From Candidatus Omnitrophota bacterium (lineage in GTDB: Bacteria > Ratteibacteria > UBA8468 > B48-G9 > JAFGKM01): a DNA stretch of 64,000 nt. Positions 35,043 to 47,233 of this stretch are shown here, in pieces (within the stretch, counting starts at the first letter, position 1; each line of letters starts with the position of its first letter). A program made the position numbers and the translations under genes. The notes under the pieces are model-generated. The model worked only from the letters and a program-made list of their open reading frames with translations, searched no databases and was not told the origin of the DNA. The stretch lies in NCBI GenBank assembly GCA_023819375.1, contig JAMWDI010000006.1:35730-99729 (forward strand), in the 5' to 3' direction.

Positions 35043-36643
35043 AATTCTATTTGCTTTCCTTTTTCTGCTGATTCAATAGTTTTTTCTATAATTCCAATTA
35101 TATTTCTTGCAATTTGTATATCTATTTCAAGATCTTCTCCAAACAATAAATGGTCTGCGACATTGTTGTAAAATCTAAAAGTTTCTGATTTATGTGGTTG
35201 AACAATTTTTTCTGAAATTACACCGTTTTCATATTCATAGACTTTTATTATATCTGTCTCTAAAATTCCGCCTTTTTCACCAAGAATTCTCCATTTTGGT
35301 TTTGGAACTGAAGCAATAGTTGAAATCTGGATATCGGCAACTTCTCCATTTTCAAAAGTAATTAAACTTTTTATTTCATCTTCATTTGAAAAATTAAGCC
35401 AATTTCTTTTATGGATAATTCCATACACATTTTTAATTTTTGATGGAATAAGCAATAAAAGCCAGTATAGAAAATGGGCTCCCCAATCATAAAATAATCC
35501 CCCCGAAATATTTTTTTCGCTTCTCCACCACTCTCTTGGCATTCCATAATTACCCATGAATATTTCAACATTAAAAATTTTCCCTATTATACCTTTTTTT
35601 ACAATCTTCTCAATGGTAAGGAAATCCCCATCCCATCTTCTATTGTGAAAAACTGTTAACATTAAATTTTTTCTATTTGCAGTTTCAATCATTTCATCCG
35701 CTTCTTTTAATGTTAAACACATTGGTTTTTCTACAACAACATTTTTGCCAGAATTAAGAGAAGTGACAGTAAGATTTTTATGAGTATTATGGGGTGTTAT
35801 TATTACAACAAGTTCTGTTTCTTTATCGTTAAGAAATTCATTTAAATCAGTATATGTTCTACTTTCAGGAAAATCTTTTTTTGCCTGTTCAACTCTTTCC
35901 TTATTTATGTCATAAAAAGCAACAGTTTTTAAACCGTAGGTTGAGTTTATAAGTTCTGCGTGATATTTACCCATCCCAAAAGCGGGTCCATATCCAATTA
36001 TTCCACATTTTATTTCTCTTTCCTGTTTTTCATTTTTTATTATCCAGTTAATGCCTCTTTTTATAACTTTAAGAATATCTTTATTTTTAAAAGTTTCAAG
36101 TGAATGCCCTGGAGAAAAATAAAATATTCTTCCATTTTCATAATTTTTAATATAGCCAAGGGGTAAAATTTTGCCTTGCCAGTAACCTTCAAATAAAATT
36201 TGTGTGTTATCTGATGTAATATCAAGGAAATAGAATTCATCCTGAATTAAAGTTGAAGGTATTCTTCTGTTAATAAAGTGAGAATTGTTGGATTTTAATT
36301 CATATTCAAAAACAGGGCTATGAGACAAAAACTTACAACCTAAAATTTCTTGAAGTTTTTGATTTTCTTTAAAACAGATTATTGAAGAATGAAGAATAAA
36401 TAATCCCCCTCCATTTTTCAAATATTTTATTAGATTTTCTTCTACGTTTTTGTTTAATTTTGTAAATTTTTGAGGCTCAGTATAAATTAATATTCCATCA
36501 AAATTAAAAATTTCTCCATTTTCAATTACTTTTTCTTCTTCAATTATTGATAAGTCACACATTTTAGAAGTTTCCTTTATAATATTTACAAATTCTTCAT
36601 AGGGATGAAGATTTCCACCAATTAAAATTAGTATTTTTTTCAT
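35039..36643 (-). CDS. fusion protein: ThuA-like (class I GATase-like) domain plus Gfo/Idh/MocA oxidoreductase
   Basis: 534 aa. The N-terminal half carries GGGLFILHSS...DEFYF...GRIFYFSPGH (ThuA pattern). The C-terminal half carries IKCGIIGYG...VVVEKPM (Gfo/Idh/MocA Rossmann plus EKP motif). Confidence 0.7.
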   Translation of the reverse strand: MKKILILIGGNLHPYEEFVNIIKETSKMCDLSIIEEEKVIENGEIFNFDGILIYTEPQKFTKLNKNVEENLIKYLKNGGGLFILHSSIICFKENQKLQEILGCKFLSHSPVFEYELKSNNSHFINRRIPSTLIQDEFYFLDITSDNTQILFEGYWQGKILPLGYIKNYENGRIFYFSPGHSLETFKNKDILKVIKRGINWIIKNEKQEREIKCGIIGYGPAFGMGKYHAELINSTYGLKTVAFYDINKERVEQAKKDFPESRTYTDLNEFLNDKETELVVIITPHNTHKNLTVTSLNSGKNVVVEKPMCLTLKEADEMIETANRKNLMLTVFHNRRWDGDFLTIEKIVKKGIIGKIFNVEIFMGNYGMPREWWRSEKNISGGLFYDWGAHFLYWLLLLIPSKIKNVYGIIHKRNWLNFSNEDEIKSLITFENGEVADIQISTIASVPKPKWRILGEKGGILETDIIKVYEYENGVISEKIVQPHKSETFRFYNNVADHLLFGEDLEIDIQIARNIIGIIEKTIESAEKGKQIEF

Positions 36644-36688
36644 CTTTTACAACCTCCTTTCTGTTGATGTATAATTTAGCAAAAAACT

Positions 36689-37675
36689 ATGAAAAATACA
36701 AAATTTTTTACACTTTTTTTAATTTTCATTAAAACAAGTTTACTTCAAACCACTACTTTTGTTGAAAAAACTGAATTTTTGCTTGGAACTATATTTGAAA
36801 TAAAAATTGAGAAAGTAAAAAATGATCAAAAAATTCTTGATCAAACCGTTGAATTTATAAGGGAAATGGAAAATAAATTTAGTGTTTTTAAACGGGATAG
36901 CGAAGTTTCAAAGTTAAATAAATTGAAAAAATATAAAGTTTCGGAAGATGTTTTAGAAGTTATAAAGAAAGCAATTGAAATTTCAAAATTGACAGATGGT
37001 GCTTTTGATATAACCTGTAAACCGTTAATAGATTTATATAAATTGAAAAGTAAAAAAAATCAATTGCCAGATGAAAAAGAAATAAAAAGGGTTTTAAAGA
37101 ACATTGGATGGGAAAAAATTAAAATTTCAGAAAAGGAGGTTATTTTAGAAAAAGAAATGGAAATTGACCTTGGCGGAATAGCAAAAGGTTATATAGTAGA
37201 TAGAGTTGTAGAATTTTTAAAAAATAAAGGAATTAAAAATGGACTTGTAAATGCAGGAGGAGATATATACTGCTGGGGAAAAAATCCTGAAGGAGAGGAA
37301 TGGAAAATAGGGATTGAAAATCCTTTTAAAGAAGGTGAAATTATTGCAATTTTCAGTATTACAGATAGAGGAATAGCAACAAGTGGAAATTATAAAAGGT
37401 TCTATAAGGTCAAAAATTTAAAAATAGGGCATATTGTAAATCCAATAACAGGTAATATAGTTTTTAATTCACCTGTAAGTGTTACTGTTATAGGGCCTAA
37501 TTGTACGGAAGCAGATGGATTGGCAACTGGAATTTTTGTTCTTGGAGTAAGTAAAAGTTTAAAATTAATGAATAAATTGAAAAATTTTGAATATTTTATA
37601 ATAGACAGAAACGGTAAAATTTACATGTCTCCAAATTTTCCAGTTTTTCAAAAAAGTTCTGGATCAAATAAATAG
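36689..37675 (+). CDS. apbE: FAD:protein FMN transferase (ApbE family), with a secretion signal
   Basis: 328 aa. DLGGIAKGYIVDRV, NAGGDIY and ATSGNY motifs, with a hydrophobic N-terminus. Confidence 0.85.
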   Translation: MKNTKFFTLFLIFIKTSLLQTTTFVEKTEFLLGTIFEIKIEKVKNDQKILDQTVEFIREMENKFSVFKRDSEVSKLNKLKKYKVSEDVLEVIKKAIEISKLTDGAFDITCKPLIDLYKLKSKKNQLPDEKEIKRVLKNIGWEKIKISEKEVILEKEMEIDLGGIAKGYIVDRVVEFLKNKGIKNGLVNAGGDIYCWGKNPEGEEWKIGIENPFKEGEIIAIFSITDRGIATSGNYKRFYKVKNLKIGHIVNPITGNIVFNSPVSVTVIGPNCTEADGLATGIFVLGVSKSLKLMNKLKNFEYFIIDRNGKIYMSPNFPVFQKSSGSNK

Positions 37676-38910
37676 GAATAACTTTCTCTTTTTCTTATTA
37701 ATTTTAAATTTTTACCATTCACAAGGACTTCAGGGGTTCTCAATCTTGTATTATAATTTGAGGACATTGAAAATCCATAAGCCCCAGCACTCATTATTAC
37801 AATGTAATCACCACTTTTAATGTTTTCTGGAAAATCTCTATCTTTTCCCAGATAGTCACCTGTTTCACATATAGGACCAACTATATCAAATTTTAAAGTT
37901 TTTCCATTCTTTAAATTAACAGGGTATATAAGATGATAACTATTATAGAGAGAAGGTCTTATAAGGTCATTCATTCCAGCGTCAACAATTATGAAATTTT
38001 TTGTTTTTCTCTTTTTAATATATAGAATTTTTGATATTAAAACTCCTGAATTGCCAACTATAAATCTTCCAGGTTCAAGTATTACTGTTTTTAAATTAAA
38101 GTTTTTAAGGCTTTCTTTTATTTTCTTTCCAAATTCCTCAATATCCTGTATTTTGTCTGAATAAGTATAAGGAATTCCAAATCCTCCACCAATATCGAGT
38201 ATTTCTGGTTTAAAATTATTTTTTTGACAGAATTTTTTAATAGTTTCAATTCCTTTAATATATGGTTCTACTTCTTTAATTTGAGAACCAAGATGAAAAT
38301 GTATTCCTTTAATTTGAACAAAATTAAATTTTTTCTTCAAAATATTACCTGCTGTTTCAATATCAATTCCAAATTTGTTTTCAATTTTTGAAGTTTTTAT
38401 ATAGTGATGAGTATCAACGTCTATATTAAGATTCAGTCTTATATTTACATTTACTTTCTTTTGGTATTTTTTGCCTAATTTTTCAATAATATATAACTCA
38501 TCTTCATTTTCCACATTAATACAGAAAATATTCTTCTTTATAGCAAATTCAATTTCACTTTCTTTCTTCCCAACACCAGCAAAAACAATATCACATGGTG
38601 AAAAACCAGCCAGAATTGCTTTTCTAATTTCTCCTTCAGAAACGACATCTGCTCCAAGACCATTTTCTTTCATTATTTTTAATATATGAATATTAGAATT
38701 TGACTTTACTGAAAAACATATTTTAGCAGGAATTTCTGAAAAAGCATTTTTTATTTTTTTTATTTGGTTTAGTAAAAAATTGTAACTGTAAACATAAACA
38801 GGAGTTCCAAATTTAATCGCTATTTTTTCGCCTTCAACTTCTTCAACATAGAACTTTTTCTTTTTAAAACTAAAATAGGGATAGAAAAATTCTTTAAATT
38901 TTCCCTCCAT
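37648..38910 (-). CDS. lysA: diaminopimelate decarboxylase
   Basis: 420 aa. FGTPVYVYS, FSVKSNSN (PLP Lys), GGGFGIPY, and CETGD. An AAGGAG SD lies 9 nt upstream of the ATG. Confidence 0.9.
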   Translation of the reverse strand: MEGKFKEFFYPYFSFKKKKFYVEEVEGEKIAIKFGTPVYVYSYNFLLNQIKKIKNAFSEIPAKICFSVKSNSNIHILKIMKENGLGADVVSEGEIRKAILAGFSPCDIVFAGVGKKESEIEFAIKKNIFCINVENEDELYIIEKLGKKYQKKVNVNIRLNLNIDVDTHHYIKTSKIENKFGIDIETAGNILKKKFNFVQIKGIHFHLGSQIKEVEPYIKGIETIKKFCQKNNFKPEILDIGGGFGIPYTYSDKIQDIEEFGKKIKESLKNFNLKTVILEPGRFIVGNSGVLISKILYIKKRKTKNFIIVDAGMNDLIRPSLYNSYHLIYPVNLKNGKTLKFDIVGPICETGDYLGKDRDFPENIKSGDYIVIMSAGAYGFSMSSNYNTRLRTPEVLVNGKNLKLIRKRESYSYLFDPELF

Positions 38911-40259
38911 CTTTCAATCTCCTTTTTGACATTTTCTATTGAGGTTCCTCCAAATGATGTTTTTAAGTTTGCAGACTTTTCAAAATTAAGCAGATTAAAA
39001 ATGTCTTCTTCAAACTCTTTAGAAAATTTTTTAAATTCTTTTAGAGAAAGAGAAAATAAATCCTTTTTATTCTTAATACAATAATTGACAATTTCACCAA
39101 CAATTTTGTGGGCTTTTCTAAAAGGGATTTTCTTTTTTACAAGATATTCTGCAATGTCTGTAGCAAGCGTAAAAGAAGATATAGAATTCTTTATTTTTTC
39201 AGTATTAAATTTAATGTTTTTAATAACCTTTGAAAGAATATTTAATGAAGATATTAAAATTTCAATTGTTTCAAATAGTGGTTTTTTATCTTCCTGCAAA
39301 TCACGATTATAAGAGAATGGCAAACTTTTAAGAGTGCAAAGGATACCAGTTAGATTTCCTATTGAGATACCTGTTTTCCCTCTTATTAATTCAAGAATGT
39401 CAGGATTTTTTTTATGTGGCATTAGACTGGAGCCAGTACATAAATTGTCTGGCAAATTGATAAATTCTATTTCATCCATATTCCATATTATTAAATCTTC
39501 AGAAAAACTTGATAAATGAATTAAAGTTAATACACAGTTAAATAAAGTTTCAAGTAGAAAATCTCTATCCGAAACAGTATCTAAACTATTTCTTGTGATT
39601 TTAGGGAAATTCAATAGTTCTGCAACATATTTTCTGTCTATATTTAAGGTTGTTCCAGAACAGGCTCCAACTCCAAGGGGTAAAATATTAACTCTTTCAT
39701 ATGTTGAAAAAAATCTTTCTTTGTCTCTTTCAAGTTTTTCAATATATGAAAGAAGATAATGAGAAATTAATACAACTTGACTCTGTTTTAAATGGGTATA
39801 TGCTGGAATTAATTTATCAATATATTGCTCGCTTTTTTCAAGTAATGCTTTTTGAACATTTATAATTCCCTTGATGATTGAAATAATAGCATCCCTCAAA
39901 TATAATCTTTCGTCAAGAGCAATTTGGTCATTTCTGGATCTTGCAGTATGAAGTTTTTCACCAACATCCCCTTTTATTTCAATTAATCGTCTTTCTATTG
40001 CTGTATGTATATCTTCATCAGTTTTTTTAATTTCAAATATATTTTTCTTAATTTCATTTTCAATTATTTTCAAACCATCAATAATTTCTTTTTCTTCCTC
40101 TTTCGTTAATAAACCAACTTTTGCAAGCATTTTTGTATGTGCAATGCTTCCTTTGATATCGTAAAAAGCAAGTTTTTTATCTATATCAATTGATTTTGTA
40201 AACTCTATAACTTCATTTAAAATCTCATCTTTAAATCTTCCTTCCCACATATATTTCAT
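38820..40259 (-). CDS. argH: argininosuccinate lyase
   Basis: 479 aa. WEGRF at the N-terminus, TARSRNDQ, and the GSSLMPHKKNPD signature. The 3' tail overlaps lysA by 91 nt. Confidence 0.9.
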   Translation of the reverse strand: MKYMWEGRFKDEILNEVIEFTKSIDIDKKLAFYDIKGSIAHTKMLAKVGLLTKEEEKEIIDGLKIIENEIKKNIFEIKKTDEDIHTAIERRLIEIKGDVGEKLHTARSRNDQIALDERLYLRDAIISIIKGIINVQKALLEKSEQYIDKLIPAYTHLKQSQVVLISHYLLSYIEKLERDKERFFSTYERVNILPLGVGACSGTTLNIDRKYVAELLNFPKITRNSLDTVSDRDFLLETLFNCVLTLIHLSSFSEDLIIWNMDEIEFINLPDNLCTGSSLMPHKKNPDILELIRGKTGISIGNLTGILCTLKSLPFSYNRDLQEDKKPLFETIEILISSLNILSKVIKNIKFNTEKIKNSISSFTLATDIAEYLVKKKIPFRKAHKIVGEIVNYCIKNKKDLFSLSLKEFKKFSKEFEEDIFNLLNFEKSANLKTSFGGTSIENVKKEIERWRENLKNFSIPILVLKRKSSMLKKLKAKK

Positions 40260-40330
40260 TTTTTACCTCTTGTTTTTTTATTTTATCAAAAGTATTATAA
40301 TAAATCAAAAGAGGAAGGAGTAATTTTGTC

Positions 40331-42202
40331 ATGAGAAAAAATTTAATAATAGTTGAATCGCCTACAAAAGCGAAAACAATCGGTGGGATTCTTGGTAAAG
40401 AATATATTGTTTTTGCTACAATGGGACATATAAGGGATTTACCTGAAAATGAATTTGGGGTTGATATAGAGAATAATTTTGCTCCAAAATATATAATTAT
40501 TCCTGGTAAAATGAAAATTGTTAAGCAACTTAAAAAACTTGCTGAAAATTCAAAAGATATTTATCTTGCAACAGATGAAGATAGAGAAGGAGAAGCAATT
40601 GCTTGGCATACGCTGTGTTTGCTTAATAAAGATATTGATGAGGTAAAAAGAGTTGCTTTCCATGAAATAGTTCCTGAAGCAGTTAAATCTGCATTTAAAA
40701 ATCCAAGAAAAATTTCTTTAGAACTTGTAAATTCCCAGCAGGCAAGGAGAATACTTGATAGAATAGTCGGTTATACAATAAGTCCATTACTTGGTAAACA
40801 CCTTGAAGTTGGCCTTTCTGCAGGAAGAGTTCAATCAGTTGCCTTAAAGTTGATAGTTGAAAGAGAAAAAGATATAGAAAATTTTGTTCCTGAGATTTAC
40901 TGGGTTATTAAATGTGAAGTTGAAAAGGAAGGGCATAAAGTTATTTTTAATTTAGTAAAAATAAGTGATAAAGTAATTGAGAGAATAAAAGAAAAAGATG
41001 TTGTAGAGGAAATTTTAGAAAAATTAAAAAAAGAAAAGTTAATTGTAATTGAAAAAAAAGAAATTATTAAAAATGTAAATCCTCTACCTCCTTTTATAAC
41101 AAGTACTTTACAACAAGAAGCAATTAATATTTTAAATTTTTCTTCTTCAAAAACGATGTTTATCGCCCAACAGCTTTATGAGGGAATTGAAATTGAAGGG
41201 AAAAATATAGGTCTTATAACTTATATGAGAACAGATTCACCAAACGTTTCTAAATTTGCTCAAAATCAAGCATTGAAATTTATAAAAGAAAATTTTGGTG
41301 ATGATTATCTTCCAGAAAAGCCAAATATTTATTTTTCAACATCTCCTATATCACAGGAAGCACATGAGGCAATAAGACCCACTTCTGTTTATAGAACACC
41401 AGAAAAAATTAGGAAATATTTGACAACTGACCAATTCAAATTATATGAACTTATATGGAGAAGATTTATAGCAAGTCAGATGAAATACGCAGTTATAAAA
41501 AATTTAAAGATTTTAGCAAAAAATGATATATATGTATTTGAAACAGAAGGAAATTTTGTAATTTTTGATGGTTTTTTGAAACTCTGGCCATTAAAGATTG
41601 AAAAAGGTAATGAAATTATTGAAAAATTTGAAGAGAAAGAAATTCTTAACGTTAAAAGATATTTTAAAGAAGAAAAAGAAACGAAACCACCTCAAAGATA
41701 TACTGAAAGTTCATTGATAAAAACTCTTGAAAAATATGGAATAGGTAGACCTTCAACTTATGCTCCAATAATTTCAACTTTATTTGGGAGAAAATATATT
41801 AAAAAGGAAAAAAAATTTCTTGTTCCTTTGAAAATGGGAAGAATAGTTTATGAGATTTTAAACAAATTTTTTCCTGATATAATAGAGATAGATTTTACGG
41901 CTAAAATGGAAGAGAATCTTGATAAGATTGCGAATGGAGAAAAAGACTGGATTGATGTTTTAAGGGAATTTTATAGTAAGTTTAAAATAACACTTGACAG
42001 AGCCAATGAGTTGATAAATAGGGATGTTTTGAATGAAATTATTCTTGAAGATAAAAAATGTCCACTTTGTGGACAAAAATTGACTATAAGAAAAAGTAAG
42101 TATGGGGTTTTTGTTGGATGTTTAAATTATCCCAGTTGTAAATATAAAGAGGAGATAAAAGAAAATGTTAATAATTCCAGCAATAGATTTAAAAAAAGGT
42201 GA
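40331..42202 (+). CDS. topA: DNA topoisomerase I (short form, single C-terminal Zn finger)
   Basis: 623 aa. LIIVESPTKAKTI (Toprim), ATDEDREGEAIAWH, LITYMRTDS (active-site Tyr), and one CPLC...CxxxxC finger. Confidence 0.9.
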   Translation: MRKNLIIVESPTKAKTIGGILGKEYIVFATMGHIRDLPENEFGVDIENNFAPKYIIIPGKMKIVKQLKKLAENSKDIYLATDEDREGEAIAWHTLCLLNKDIDEVKRVAFHEIVPEAVKSAFKNPRKISLELVNSQQARRILDRIVGYTISPLLGKHLEVGLSAGRVQSVALKLIVEREKDIENFVPEIYWVIKCEVEKEGHKVIFNLVKISDKVIERIKEKDVVEEILEKLKKEKLIVIEKKEIIKNVNPLPPFITSTLQQEAINILNFSSSKTMFIAQQLYEGIEIEGKNIGLITYMRTDSPNVSKFAQNQALKFIKENFGDDYLPEKPNIYFSTSPISQEAHEAIRPTSVYRTPEKIRKYLTTDQFKLYELIWRRFIASQMKYAVIKNLKILAKNDIYVFETEGNFVIFDGFLKLWPLKIEKGNEIIEKFEEKEILNVKRYFKEEKETKPPQRYTESSLIKTLEKYGIGRPSTYAPIISTLFGRKYIKKEKKFLVPLKMGRIVYEILNKFFPDIIEIDFTAKMEENLDKIANGEKDWIDVLREFYSKFKITLDRANELINRDVLNEIILEDKKCPLCGQKLTIRKSKYGVFVGCLNYPSCKYKEEIKENVNNSSNRFKKR

Positions 42203-43025
42203 TATTGTTCGTCTTTACAAAGGCAGGTTTGATAAAGTCTCTTATTATGACGTTGAGATTGAAAAACTTGTAAAAGAATATCTTAAAGCAGGAGCAAAAA
42301 GATTACATATAGTTCTTTTATATGGAGCCAAAAAAGGTGAAATAGGTAAGGAAGAATTAGAAAAGATAAGAAAGATACTTGAAATAAGAAAGATTAATAA
42401 TAGAGAAGATTGTGAAATTCAACTGGGTGGTGGAATAAGAGAAAAGACTCAGATAGATAGTTTTTTTAATCTTGGCATAAATTATTTGATTATTGGAACT
42501 GCCTTCTTAATTCCGTTGGCTTTAAGTGAAGGATACAGCTTGCAGGATATAAAATTTTTTTATCAAAGAAGTGGGAAAAATTTTGATTTTGAAAAAGAGG
42601 TACCAAATTTTGAATTGATGGAATGGCTTGATTCTTCAGTGAAAGAAAAGATAATAATTTCAGTTGACTATTATAAAGACGAAGTTGCCCTTAGTGGATG
42701 GGAAGTAACTATACCTTTAAAACCATCTTTTGTAATCAAAAAATTTCTTGAAAGAGGTTTTAAAAGGTTTCTTATAACAAGTATTGAAAGTGATGGAACA
42801 CTTGAAGGAATTGATTTAAATAATCTTAATAGAATTATGAAAGAAATTTATGATTGTAAAGAAAAAATAAAAGAAATAATCGTTGCAGGTGGTATTTCAA
42901 AAGAAGAAGATCTAATTCTTTTAAATTCTTTAAAACACAAACCAACTGGAGTTGTTATTGGAAAAGCACTTTATCAAAAAAAATTGAATTTAGAAGATGT
43001 TATCAAAAAATATCAAAATATTTAA
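42165..43025 (+). CDS. hisA: HisA/HisF-family (beta/alpha)8 protein, divergent HisA-like
   Basis: 286 aa. LIIPAIDLKKGDIVRLYKG at the N-terminus, GGGIR, ISVD, and GVVIGKALY. It is about 40 aa longer than typical HisA, and LLYGA replaces DLDGA. Confidence 0.55.
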   Translation: MLIIPAIDLKKGDIVRLYKGRFDKVSYYDVEIEKLVKEYLKAGAKRLHIVLLYGAKKGEIGKEELEKIRKILEIRKINNREDCEIQLGGGIREKTQIDSFFNLGINYLIIGTAFLIPLALSEGYSLQDIKFFYQRSGKNFDFEKEVPNFELMEWLDSSVKEKIIISVDYYKDEVALSGWEVTIPLKPSFVIKKFLERGFKRFLITSIESDGTLEGIDLNNLNRIMKEIYDCKEKIKEIIVAGGISKEEDLILLNSLKHKPTGVVIGKALYQKKLNLEDVIKKYQNI

Positions 43026-43572
43026 GAGTTTAATTTTATTTTTGTTGTTTATTTTTTGCAACTGTTATTCTCAATTTAATGCCATTGTAACTCCTCTGAT
43101 AAATAGGGAATATGCAGATAAACTTTTAAATAGTATAAAAAATGCTCAAAAATCAATATATGTGATTATGTTTCAGACAGGTTATTATCCTGAATATCCC
43201 GAAAGTTTTTCCAATTTAATTTTAAATGAACTTATTAATGCTGTAAAAAGAAAAGTTAAAGTTGAAGTAGTTTTGGAACAGGGAACAAAAAATTCTGTGA
43301 AGGAAAAAAATTTGAAAACAGGAAAATATCTTGCAGAAAATGGAGTTATAGTTTATTTTGATGATGAAAGAAAAACTACGCACGCAAAACTTGTTGTTAT
43401 TGATGAAAAACTTGTATTTATCGGAAGTCATAACTGGAATTATTATGCTCTTGAAAAAAATAATGAAATAAGTGTTTTAATTGAATCGTCACAAACTGCT
43501 CAATTTTTTGTAAATTATTTTAATAAACTAAAGAAAAGTTGTAAATTGTTTAAATTGGAGAAGAACTTTTAA
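42997..43572 (+). CDS. secreted single-HKD phospholipase D-family protein (Nuc-like)
   Basis: 191 aa. Hydrophobic N-terminal signal (SLILFLLFIFCNC) and one HKD motif, HAKLVVIDEKLVFIGSHNW. Confidence 0.75.
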   Translation: MLSKNIKIFKSLILFLLFIFCNCYSQFNAIVTPLINREYADKLLNSIKNAQKSIYVIMFQTGYYPEYPESFSNLILNELINAVKRKVKVEVVLEQGTKNSVKEKNLKTGKYLAENGVIVYFDDERKTTHAKLVVIDEKLVFIGSHNWNYYALEKNNEISVLIESSQTAQFFVNYFNKLKKSCKLFKLEKNF

Positions 43573-43575
43573 ATT

Positions 43576-45923
<2,348 letters not shown>

Positions 45924-46427
45924 TTATTCTTCCAGTTTAAAATTCTTATATTTTTTTAAGTAATTTATTACTCCACCTTCTCTTATGATTTCTATCAAAA
46001 ATTTTGGAATTTTTGAACTTGAAATTTCCTTATTTTTTGTTATGTTGATTATTTTCCCTTCCTCAAGATGTATTTCAATTTCATCACCATTTTCAATTTC
46101 GTCAGTATTGGTTTCTATCAAAACCAATCCGTTATTAATACCATTTCTATAAAAGATTCTTGCAAAACTTTTAGCAATTACTGCAGGAATCCCTGCATAT
46201 TTAATTACTAAAGGGGCTTGCTCTCTGCTACTTCCACAACCAAAATTTTTCCCTGCAACAATAAAATCTCCTTTTTGAACTTTTTTATAAAATTCAGGAT
46301 CTATATCTTCCATTAAATGTTTTGCAAGTTCATTCATATCAAGTGTTTTAAATTTATATTTTCCTGAAATTATATAATCAGTATTTATGTTGTCTCCAAA
46401 TTTATGAGATCTTCCTTTTAAAATCAT
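45924..46427 (-). CDS. leuD: LeuD-type small subunit of an aconitase-family hydro-lyase (3-isopropylmalate dehydratase-like)
   Basis: I prefer the start [24 protein letters not shown], with its ATG at 46427. [14 protein letters not shown] is the signature. No large (LeuC-like) subunit is present in the window. Confidence 0.75.
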   Translation of the reverse strand: MILKGRSHKFGDNINTDYIISGKYKFKTLDMNELAKHLMEDIDPEFYKKVQKGDFIVAGKNFGCGSSREQAPLVIKYAGIPAVIAKSFARIFYRNGINNGLVLIETNTDEIENGDEIEIHLEEGKIINITKNKEISSSKIPKFLIEIIREGGVINYLKKYKNFKLEE

Positions 46428-46528
46428 AGTTAAAACCCTTTTTGCCCAATTATTTTTATCATAGTTTTTCAAAAAAATCAAATTGAAAATTCAAGTTAAA
46501 AAATATATAATTTTTTCATGAAAAGGAG

Positions 46529-47233
46529 GTGATTATGAGAATACTTGCAATAGGAGCACATCCGGATGATCTTGAAATTTTATGTGGTGGGACACTGGCA
46601 AAATATGCAAAAATGGGACATAAAATATTTATGGCACATTTATGTAATGGAAATATGGGAGGAAAAGATATCTCTCCTGAAGAACTTGCTGAGATAAGAG
46701 ATAAAGAAGCCAAAAAATCAGCAAGTTTAATAGGGGCTGAAGTTCTTGGACCGATTGCAGGAGATCTTGATTTGTACAATACAAAAGAAATGAGAATAGA
46801 AGTAATAGATATAATAAGATATGCTAAACCAGATATAATTATTACTCATTCTCCAGATGACTATATGCCAGACCATACAATAACAGGAACACTTGTATTT
46901 GAAGCAGCATTTACTGCAACTTTACCAAATTATAAAACAAAATATCCTGCTCATGAACTTATAACTCCAATATTTTACATGGATACACTGGTTGGATTGA
47001 AATTTCAACCAACTCATTATGTTGATATAACTGAATTTTTTGAAATAAAGAAACAAATGCTTTTATGTCATGAAAGTCAATACAAATGGATAAAAGGGCA
47101 TCATTTGTCAGATCCTATTAATTTAATAGAAACAATGTCAAAATTTAGAGGTCTTCAATGTGGTGTTCTTTATGCAGAAGCATTTAGAATGGAAACTGTT
47201 TGGGGAAGAGTAAAACCGACTGAATTAATATAA
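46529..47233 (+). CDS. PIG-L/LmbE-family N-acetylglucosaminyl deacetylase
   Basis: 234 aa. ILAIGAHPDDLEILCGGTLAKY (AHPDD motif) and a later DHT metal-ligand region. A GGAGG SD lies upstream. Confidence 0.8.
   Translation: MIMRILAIGAHPDDLEILCGGTLAKYAKMGHKIFMAHLCNGNMGGKDISPEELAEIRDKEAKKSASLIGAEVLGPIAGDLDLYNTKEMRIEVIDIIRYAKPDIIITHSPDDYMPDHTITGTLVFEAAFTATLPNYKTKYPAHELITPIFYMDTLVGLKFQPTHYVDITEFFEIKKQMLLCHESQYKWIKGHHLSDPINLIETMSKFRGLQCGVLYAEAFRMETVWGRVKPTELI

Noticed and set aside
40296-40301. TATAAT hexamer upstream of topA as a promoter.
   Set aside because: The best -35-like hexamer (TTGTTT at 40270-40275) is 20 nt away, and TATAAT-like strings are frequent by chance in this AT-rich DNA. The evidence is too weak to report as a feature.
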